From a bacterium (GTDB lineage Bacteria > SAR324 > NAC60-12): a DNA stretch of 64,000 nucleotides. A program made the position numbers and the translations under genes. This document shows, one piece after another, positions 31,648 through 39,053 of the stretch. Under the pieces are notes generated by a model. The model was given only the letters and a program-made list of their open reading frames with translations, was not told where the DNA came from and did no database searches. Numbering within the stretch: the first letter of the stretch is position 1; each line of letters starts with the position of its first letter. Where the stretch lies: positions 800,001-864,000 of the forward strand of contig OZ242383.1 of NCBI GenBank assembly GCA_965209155.1, written 5' to 3'.

Positions 31648-32607
31648 ATGCGGACCTATATCATCAGACGACTGTTGTTAATGATCCCCTCCATCTTCAT
31701 TATCACAGTCATCGTCTTCGGTCTTGTTCGCATGATCCCCGGTAATGCCGTAGACCAATTGTTCGCCGAGATGGCATCAACAGGCAAAAGCGGCTTGAAC
31801 CGTGAGGATATCGAGCGCATGTTGGGGCTGGACGTGCCGGTGCATGTCCAGTACGGCCGCTGGATCACCGGGGTCCTGCAGGGAGATTTGGGGACCACGA
31901 TTCGTGGAGGATCTACGCCTATCACTGAAAAGATAGTCGCCAGGCTTCCCGTGACCTTCGAGCTGGGGTTGATAGCAATCTTGGTCGGGCTACTGATATC
32001 GCTGCCGATCGGCATCCTCTCGGCGATTCGCCAGGACTCATTCGGCGATTATGTGGCGCGTGGCCTTGCCATTCTCTTCATCTCTATCCCCAGCTTCTGG
32101 ATGGCTACGGTCGTGATGGTCTATCCCGCTCTCTGGTGGGGGTGGTCCCCTCCCATGGATTATATTTCCTTCACGGAGGACCCGCTGGGAAACCTGGGGT
32201 TATTGATCATCCCGGCAACGATCCTGGGTTTCGTTCTCTCGGGAACCACCATGCGGATGATGCGGGCGATGATGCTGGAAGTCCTGCGCCAGGACTACAT
32301 CAGAACCGCGTGGGCCAAAGGATTCACCGAGAAGCTGGTTGTCATCAGGCACGCCCTCAAGAATGCTCTCATTCCGGTGGTCACGCTGGTGGGCTACCAG
32401 GTACCCATCCTGGTCGGCGGTGCGGTCATTATTGAGCAGATTTTCACCCTGCCTGGAATCGGGCGACTCCTCGTCGATGCCCTTAGCCAGAGAGACTACC
32501 CCGTCGTTTCTGCCGTTAACCTGGTTATTGGCACCATCGTCCTCGTCATCAATCTGCTGGTCGACCTGACCTACGCCTACCTGGATCCCAGGATTCGATA
32601 CCACTAA
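31648..32607 (+). CDS. Peptide/nickel ABC permease (DppB-like)
   Basis: YIIRRLLL, EVLRQDYIRTAWAKG, LDPRIRY; paralog of 20514..21482. Confidence 0.9.
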   Translation: MRTYIIRRLLLMIPSIFIITVIVFGLVRMIPGNAVDQLFAEMASTGKSGLNREDIERMLGLDVPVHVQYGRWITGVLQGDLGTTIRGGSTPITEKIVARLPVTFELGLIAILVGLLISLPIGILSAIRQDSFGDYVARGLAILFISIPSFWMATVVMVYPALWWGWSPPMDYISFTEDPLGNLGLLIIPATILGFVLSGTTMRMMRAMMLEVLRQDYIRTAWAKGFTEKLVVIRHALKNALIPVVTLVGYQVPILVGGAVIIEQIFTLPGIGRLLVDALSQRDYPVVSAVNLVIGTIVLVINLLVDLTYAYLDPRIRYH

Positions 32608-32626
32608 AGAAAAGAAATGATAAGCC

Positions 32627-33529
32627 ATGGCTGAAGCAACGAAGAAACGCTCCCCCCTTGTCGATTTTCTCTCCAGACTTTTCAGGGAGAAGCCTCTTGG
32701 TGCCGCCGGCGCGGTGATCGTGGTGCTGCTGCTCTTCATCGGTATCTTCGCTGAGCAGCTGGCGCCCTATGACTATGCGGAGGTCAATATCATGGACAGG
32801 CTGGCACCACCATCGGCAAAGCATTGGCTTGGCGCTGACCAGCTGGGACGGGACGTTCTCAGCCGTGTTATCCACGGGGCTCGTATCTCCGTGATTGTCG
32901 GCCTGGTGGCAAGCCTCATCAACCTCGCCGTCGCGATGGTATTGGGCATCACCACTGGATTCTTCGGCGGCAAGTTCGACCTCATCGTGATGAGGATCGT
33001 CGATGCCTGGCTGGCCATCCCGGTGCTGCTGATCCTGATGACGGTGATGTCCCTGGTGGGGCGGGGTCTGCCGCAGATCATAGTGGTCTTGGGGATAGCC
33101 TCCGGCATTGGCAGTGCCAGGATACCGAAAAGCGCCGTCATAGCCATCAAGGAGAACCAGTACATGTTGGCCGCGAAGGCGATCGGTGTTCCCACCAGTC
33201 GCATCCTCCTCCGCCATGTCATGCCGAATATCATGGCTCCCCTGATCATCATATTCAGCACCAGCATCGGGGGTTTCATTTTATGGGAGGCCGCGCTGAG
33301 CTTCCTTGGATTCGGCCTTCCACCCGATATTCCCAGCTGGGGTGGTATGCTCAGCGGAGAAGGGCGCAGGTTCATGGAGATGGCTCCAGGTTTGGCGCTT
33401 TGGCCTGGGCTTGCCCTGACCATTGTTGTTTGGGGAGCGAACGTGTTTGGTGATGCCATGAGGGACTTGCTCGACCCCCGGTTGCGGGGCAGTTCCGGAA
33501 GTTACAACGCTGCGAAGGTGAAGCGCTAA
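32627..33529 (+). CDS. Peptide/nickel ABC permease (DppC-like)
   Basis: HWLGADQLGRD, PSWGGML, GDAMRDLLDPRLRG; paralog of 19530..20450. Confidence 0.9.
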   Translation: MAEATKKRSPLVDFLSRLFREKPLGAAGAVIVVLLLFIGIFAEQLAPYDYAEVNIMDRLAPPSAKHWLGADQLGRDVLSRVIHGARISVIVGLVASLINLAVAMVLGITTGFFGGKFDLIVMRIVDAWLAIPVLLILMTVMSLVGRGLPQIIVVLGIASGIGSARIPKSAVIAIKENQYMLAAKAIGVPTSRILLRHVMPNIMAPLIIIFSTSIGGFILWEAALSFLGFGLPPDIPSWGGMLSGEGRRFMEMAPGLALWPGLALTIVVWGANVFGDAMRDLLDPRLRGSSGSYNAAKVKR

Positions 33530-33597
33530 CGAGGGTTTGTCGATAATGGCAGGATTTAGGTTAAATTTCATTGAGCGTCCTGACCGCTTTCCCGGTG

Positions 33598-34770
33598 CTA
33601 GCTCGCGGCGGGTGCAACGAGTCCGAGGGCGATCAGTGAGTCCCCAGTCGCCTTGAGCGTGTCGCGCACAGCGTGCGTGCTGAGTCCCAATTCGCGTATC
33701 GCCTTGGTGCACCTGGCGTGGTGCAGGTCGGGTGTCTCGGGAGGCACATAATCGCCACCAACGCCATGGTCGGGATAGATCTCCCGCAGCGTATCGATCA
33801 ACTGTTGTACCGTGAGTTCGCCGGACTCGTCGGTCGCCACGAGCATGTACCGGGAGCCGTTCCGGGCTTCCGGACGCTCTGCCATCAACCGTTGCGATTC
33901 AGCGACGTCGCGGACGTCGACGATGTTCCACATCTCGTTGAAGCGACCCTCGTGTCCACCTTCACCACGCAGCATGACGCCGATCCGATTTTGCCAGCCC
34001 TGGTTCTGCGATGCGCCGAGAAGTGGCCCGAGCACATGACAGGGATTGCAGGCGACGAAGTCGATGCCGTGCTCCTCGCCCCATGCGGAGCCGTATTTCT
34101 CAGCATCGACCTTGCCCTTCGCATAAGCCCGATGTTCGACGTTCCACATCTTGTGAACCTTGCCGGTCCGCGAACTCGTGAACGTCCATCGCGAGTCGAG
34201 GGTCTCAAAGGGTCCCATGCCGGACCAGTCGGCCTCGCTGAACTCGTAGCCGTCGGCGGGCGCACCGCCCTCGCCGGGTCCGAAAATCGCTGCGCATGAC
34301 GATGTGTAGACCACGCGTTTAACGGTTCCTACTCGCGCGACGGAGTCGAGGAGACTCTGGGTCGTGGTCACACAGCCATCATATATACGCTGAGGGTCCG
34401 GGTGCCCGGAGCTGGCATCCCATCCTCGATACAGATAGGGAACAGATTCTCGGGGGTCCGGACGCCCGTTGCTGGGATCACTGCGGAAGTCGGCGGCGAC
34501 GTGGAAGACCGCCGAGCAGCCACGGAAGGCCTGGTCGTAGTCGCCCTCTGCTGCCTTGTAGAGATCGCAGGCGTAGAGTTCGACGCTTCCCGGACCTTTT
34601 GCGCCAATATCTTTCAGGTAAGAGACCTTGTCGTCTCGGCTCGTGTCTCGGACACAGGCGCGAACCGTGTAGCCGGCCTCGACGAGATTCTTCAGGACGT
34701 GGGATCCGATGTAACCGGACGCACCGGTGACGGCGACGGGTCCGTCGCCTGGGCCAGAGATGTTCGTCAT
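33598..34770 (-). CDS. NAD-dependent epimerase/dehydratase (dihydroflavonol-reductase-like SDR)
   Basis: VTGASGYIG, VFHVA, VYTSSCAA, YAKGK (YxxxK), VDVRDVA. Confidence 0.85.
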   Translation of the reverse strand: MTNISGPGDGPVAVTGASGYIGSHVLKNLVEAGYTVRACVRDTSRDDKVSYLKDIGAKGPGSVELYACDLYKAAEGDYDQAFRGCSAVFHVAADFRSDPSNGRPDPRESVPYLYRGWDASSGHPDPQRIYDGCVTTTQSLLDSVARVGTVKRVVYTSSCAAIFGPGEGGAPADGYEFSEADWSGMGPFETLDSRWTFTSSRTGKVHKMWNVEHRAYAKGKVDAEKYGSAWGEEHGIDFVACNPCHVLGPLLGASQNQGWQNRIGVMLRGEGGHEGRFNEMWNIVDVRDVAESQRLMAERPEARNGSRYMLVATDESGELTVQQLIDTLREIYPDHGVGGDYVPPETPDLHHARCTKAIRELGLSTHAVRDTLKATGDSLIALGLVAPAAS

Positions 34771-34832
34771 GGGTATATGTTCCTCGTTTGGATGGATTGC
34801 GGACGCTCATGCTCGTGAGTACGGGTGTCCAC

Positions 34833-35380
34833 ATTGGAAAATCAAAAATTTACAGAAGACCTTACCATTAAATCTATAGGAAAATCAAAAATTACATAAA
34901 ACGATAGCACCTGGGAATAGGTGTGTAAAGGCAAATTTTAGGGAGCCTTTTTTTGATTTTTTGGTAGGTTTCGTGGGTGGTTGTGTGTTCTGTTCAATGT
35001 TTCAGTGCTTTTTCTCTGTCCTGGTTTGAAAGGACGGATTTTAGACAAAGCAATCCCTGGGTTTTAGAATTCTCAAGATACCCATTGTTCATCAGCAAAA
35101 TAGATCTCGTCAAGAGGCATGTAATCCTCGTAATAGTCATTGGGATCATTGGATGGGCTTATAGATGGTAGGGGTGGTGCTCTTTGTGTATCCTCACCAA
35201 GATGCTTTACTATTTTTTTGAATTCCTGGTTTTTGGTAATGAACAGGAACGCCTGCCGGGCTGATCTTCATTTCCTTCCCGCAATTTGGGCATAATAGAG
35301 GGTCGACTTCGAAAATTTTATGAATCAAGCGCGCTCAGTTCGTACTGGCTTTAGCCTTTCCTTAATACCTCACTAAATTC
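34833..35380 (-). mobile_element. IS91-family remnant: transposase C-terminus and duplicated oriIS-like end
   Basis: Minus strand *ARLIHKIFEVDPLLCPNCGKEMKI...KKIVKHLG...RAPP; downstream TTTTTGATTTTCCTAT (34876-34893) and TTTTTGATTTTCCAAT (34833-34850) resemble the IS91 oriIS consensus. Confidence 0.65.
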
Positions 35381-35657
35381 GTTTTAGGTTCCACCCACAA
35401 GATAGATGCAGCTTTAAAATCTGGATCCTCCTACCATTCATTGGCTCGAAAATGAGTCTATCGATTGGAGAGATGGAAGCTGAAGAACAAAGACATGTTA
35501 TATAAATCGTAACTATTCAGGTCTCTGAAAACCCGTTTAGTCAAATAACGTTGAAAAAAATTTCCGGAGAGGACTGATCGTTTTCAAGTCCTCCCACGAT
35601 ATTGTTCCATCGATCGGAAACCCTCTTCTTTCACTAAAACAACTTAGTGATGGTATG

Positions 35658-35687
35658 ATTATAGCACTACTACTTGCATAATGTCAA
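35658..35687 (-). promoter_or_regulatory. Outward-facing sigma70 promoter inside the IS66 right end
   Basis: Minus strand TTGACA-18 nt-TATAAT with extended -10 TG (TGCTATAAT). Confidence 0.65.
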
Positions 35688-35856
35688 CCCCCAAATTAAA
35701 AAAAATGCAGGATTCGTAAAAAAAAATTAAAAATCTATCAATCAGGGAGATCCGCTTCTTTATGATCATGAGCCAAAAAGCGAAGGTTCACTCCACAATT
35801 CCGTGTTTTTTCCAATGGCGATAATGATCGTAAACGCTTTGCCAGGGAGGTAAATC

Positions 35857-35985
35857 ATGGAGGAGCATACTCCACTGACAACTCGTTTTCACGATCTACA
35901 AAATCGCATTGACGATGCTATGTTTGCCAGGAATACGTTTTGCCCGCAAGGGGCGAAACGTTTAAAAAAAGGGGAGTTTCAGTAA
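35857..35985 (+). CDS. Putative 42-aa ORF inside the IS66 right end, convergent with the transposase
   Basis: AGGGAGGT SD then ATG; MEEHTPLTTRFHDLQNRIDDAMFARNTFCPQGAKRLKKGEFQ*; below the ORF-track size cutoff. Confidence 0.35.
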   Translation: MEEHTPLTTRFHDLQNRIDDAMFARNTFCPQGAKRLKKGEFQ

Positions 35986-37496
35986 CAAGGAGGCGCAGGT
36001 AAAAGCTTGTCCCGGACTGGATCCGGGAGAGACAAAGCCTGTGTGAGCATCTCGAAGATGGATTTTCCCTGTTTTCTGGTAGTGGAAATAGCTCCTCGGA
36101 TGGTACAAAAAGCCTGTGATCCTTCAGCCGTTCGGAAGCCGCCTGAGATTTTCTGTTTCAATTTAACCATGCGAATATCTCGCTCGGCTTGGTTGTTGTC
36201 AAAAGGAACCCGGAAGTCATCCATGAATAACAAGCTTTCCTTTTCATAGAGGATCAAGCGATCGAGTAAATTTTTGGCTTTGCTCTGTTTGGGGCGTCCT
36301 CGTTTCTTTGTTTGAGGAGGGGGAGGATAGAGCTTAAGGGCTTCTTGGGTGATATCCCGATAGCGTTGCCGGAAGTGATCCAGTTGGATTGGACTCAAAG
36401 CAGATTGTTCTTTGAACTTGGCTTGGTCTACTTGCTCTTTGATCTCTACCAGTAAGTCGCTCATCTCCTGAGCCCAGAAGGCCTTTTCTTGTTCACAGGC
36501 CCGAGTGAGTTCACGTAAATGATGCGCATTGCAAAAGCCATGATCACACTCATAATGCTGGTAGCTCTCCCAGTGATCATGAATGGCTGTCTTTTCAAAC
36601 CGAGGCAGGATACCGGCAGCATCCATTCCGGCTCGACCCCGTTTGTCGTGGATAAAATAAAAGGTCAACTCTTCGGTAGAGGCTGAATGAAGCCAACGAC
36701 GTTGTTTGTTTTCAAAGAGGGAGGTTTCATCAAAATGAACCACCTCCGCTTGAATCAGAGCTTCAGCCACTTGTTGTTGCAAGGGATTAAGCCTCTGGGC
36801 GGCTTGCTGGAGGCTAGCATAAATCGTGGCCGCATTGAGCGGATGGCCGAACAGATCCTCAAAGAATTGCTGGCATCGATCAAAGGGCAGAAACTGATAT
36901 TGATTGAGATAAACCGCTAAGCCTTTGATCCGGGGACCATATTGAGTGGGTCCCTCAATCCCTGCTGGAAAGCTCGAGCGATTCAGATGCCGGCAGCAGG
37001 GACAAATTTTTTGTTCCACCTGATGCTCGGTGACCTCTAATTGGAGCGGGGGAAGATCAAACACTTGGCGTTTATGCCGGGCCTCAACCATCACCTGGGA
37101 TAAATCTTCTCCACAGGCTTCACAGGTGCTGACAAAATGAGGCTCCACATGATCTGGTGATTCACTGAAAGGCAAATGATGGCCTTTATGACCGGGTTGA
37201 CCTCCGCGAGAGCGACCCCTGCTTTTACGCAAACTTTTGTTCTTTCGACTTGGATCGCTGGAAGGAGGCTTACTTGAGTTTTGGCTGTTGAGAGCCAGCT
37301 GATCCCGAAGTTGCTTATTTTCTGCTTCGAGCGCTTCAATACGCTTATTTTCTATTTCGAGACGTTCGAGGAGTTTTAATCGCTCTTTCTTCCATTGCTC
37401 CCGTTCTTTTTCAAAGAGTTGACAGGCTTCTTGAAGAGCCTCAAGGGGGGCTGTCGATGAAATGGAATGAATATACTTATGAACTTTCGAGAGCAT
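35979..37496 (-). CDS. IS66-family transposase
   Basis: Coiled coil, NSQNSSKPPSSD, GGQPGHKG, zinc ribbon CEAC...CPCC, VHFDET, CNAHHLREL, PFDNNQAERDIR. Confidence 0.93.
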   Translation of the reverse strand: MLSKVHKYIHSISSTAPLEALQEACQLFEKEREQWKKERLKLLERLEIENKRIEALEAENKQLRDQLALNSQNSSKPPSSDPSRKNKSLRKSRGRSRGGQPGHKGHHLPFSESPDHVEPHFVSTCEACGEDLSQVMVEARHKRQVFDLPPLQLEVTEHQVEQKICPCCRHLNRSSFPAGIEGPTQYGPRIKGLAVYLNQYQFLPFDRCQQFFEDLFGHPLNAATIYASLQQAAQRLNPLQQQVAEALIQAEVVHFDETSLFENKQRRWLHSASTEELTFYFIHDKRGRAGMDAAGILPRFEKTAIHDHWESYQHYECDHGFCNAHHLRELTRACEQEKAFWAQEMSDLLVEIKEQVDQAKFKEQSALSPIQLDHFRQRYRDITQEALKLYPPPPQTKKRGRPKQSKAKNLLDRLILYEKESLLFMDDFRVPFDNNQAERDIRMVKLKQKISGGFRTAEGSQAFCTIRGAISTTRKQGKSIFEMLTQALSLPDPVRDKLLPAPPCY

Positions 37497-37574
37497 AATG
37501 TCCTTTCTGGACTTTATGCCATGCAAAATCTGTGCTTAAATCAATGGGGGATCTAAAGAATCCTAAATAGTTAC

Positions 37575-38065
37575 GGAAAATTCAGATTTTTTTGTATTGC
37601 CCATATTTCGTCATGCTTGTCAGGGGAGAAAAACTGCGCAGGGTTGCCAACCGCCACCCAACCAATAGGTACCGTGTTTTCAGCTTCGACCACACTATCG
37701 ATATGAACCACCGCATTAATCCTGAGCTCAGCTAATGTTTTAATATGTGCGCCATTGAACACTGACACGCCTGTGGCAACGAACACTTCATCTTCAATAG
37801 TGCATCCGCAAATATGAGTGTGTGGGCCAATCATGACATTGCTACCAATGTGACAATGATGAAACCGTGAACTTCTTATAACAGCATTCTCCATAACAAC
37901 AGTGTTTGACCCAATGGTTATCACACCATCGTTTGCCGTGATTACGGCGCCGTGAAATATACAAGCTTCTGGTGCAATACGAACATCACCAGAAATAACA
38001 GCAGATTCCGCTATGTAAGCTAATGGTGAAATTTCAGGGTCACCCATATCAGGATGTTTGTTCAT
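37575..38065 (-). pseudogene. 5' part of gamma-carbonic-anhydrase/hexapeptide-repeat gene, interrupted by the composite transposon
   Basis: Left-handed beta-helix repeats (AVISGDVRI, IGSNTVVMENAVIR, IGPHTHI), VAVGNPA. Confidence 0.85.
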
Positions 38066-38116
38066 CGGTTTATTCCTTTCTACACCCTCTATCAAAGAAA
38101 ACAGCCACACTCGCCC

Positions 38117-38136
38117 GAAGATACCTGAATAGTTAC
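38117..38136 (-). mobile_element. IS66 left-end short fragment (20 bp)
   Basis: Reverse complement GTAACTATTCAGGTATCTTC is identical to 27802-27821. Confidence 0.8.
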
Positions 38137-38334
38137 TCCCGTAGAATGATCAGAAGGCTTTTAACAAGTTTGTACGATTACCGTCAACAAAAAAAATGAG
38201 ACCGATAAATAAAAAAGGAATCTTGAAGATTTTTCCCTGCGGTCGACGTGACACTCAAGGGTTCAACCTTTCAAACCATTAGACTTGACATATCTTCTAA
38301 AATATACGCAATTAATATTTCGGTAGGAGAAGAT

Positions 38335-39030
38335 ATGAATGAAATAATTACCCGTCTAAAGCAAGATCGACGGGAGAAACCAGCCTATACGATTCAAGAG
38401 GCGGCACACTATCTCATAGTGCCAAAAGCGACTATTCGCTATTGGTCTGTAGGTCGTGGTGATTATAAATCCCTCATTGAGGCTCCCGAACACTCGCCGC
38501 CACAACTTTCGTTTCTTAATCTTGCAGAGCTTCACATCCTTGCTGCTATCCGACGTAAATATGTCGTGAAGATGCCCAAGGTACGGACTGCACTCGAGTA
38601 TTTAATGAGGAATACTCAAAATGATTGGGAGAGACGGCACCCTTTGCTAAGCAATCAGTTTGAGACAGATAGGGTGCACTTGTTCATCAAGAAATATGGG
38701 CAATTGATCAATATTTCTCAAAACGGTCAATTCGTCATACAAGAGGTGATTTCTGCGGCTTTACATCGCATAGAAAGAGATACAAGTGGAATCCCCGTTA
38801 AACTTTATCCGTTTACTCGTAACGCTATAGAAGATACACCCGTAAAGATAGTCATTGACCCTGAATTATCGGCTGGTAGACCCGTGATTTCCGGTACTGG
38901 TTTGGCTACTGAATTAATTGCTGAACGGTACAAAGCGGGCGAGTGTATTCGTGAATTGGCACAAGATTATCAGCTGCAGGAAGATGTAATTGAAGAAGCG
39001 ATCAGGTGTGAACTCCGTACAGCAGCATGA
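38335..39030 (+). CDS. DUF433-domain antitoxin (VapB45-like)
   Basis: AYTIQEAAHYL, LSFLNLAE, IDPELSAGRPVISGTG...AGECIRELAQDY; RBS AGGAGA. Confidence 0.8.
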   Translation: MNEIITRLKQDRREKPAYTIQEAAHYLIVPKATIRYWSVGRGDYKSLIEAPEHSPPQLSFLNLAELHILAAIRRKYVVKMPKVRTALEYLMRNTQNDWERRHPLLSNQFETDRVHLFIKKYGQLINISQNGQFVIQEVISAALHRIERDTSGIPVKLYPFTRNAIEDTPVKIVIDPELSAGRPVISGTGLATELIAERYKAGECIRELAQDYQLQEDVIEEAIRCELRTAA

Positions 39031-39053
39031 AGAGTTGGTACTCTTGAAACCAA

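Larger units (their letters stand above)
27802..37574. mobile_element. IS66-bounded composite transposon (9.8 kb)
   Basis: Outer ends GTAACTATTCAGG.../...CCTAAATAGTTAC; exact 8-bp direct repeat GGAAAATT at 27794-27801 and 37575-37582; interrupts one ORF. Confidence 0.9.
35509..37574 (-). mobile_element. Full-length IS66-family element (single-ORF, ISBst12-like) with ~470 bp right-end region
   Basis: TIRs GTAACTATTCAGG / CCTAAATAGTTAC around an intact transposase. Confidence 0.92.

Noticed and set aside
23522..38136. Repeated GTAACTATTCAGG motifs as a CRISPR array or integron attC series
   Set aside because: Spacing is kilobases, orientations are mixed, they match the TIRs of the IS66 element, and no cas or tyrosine integrase gene is present.
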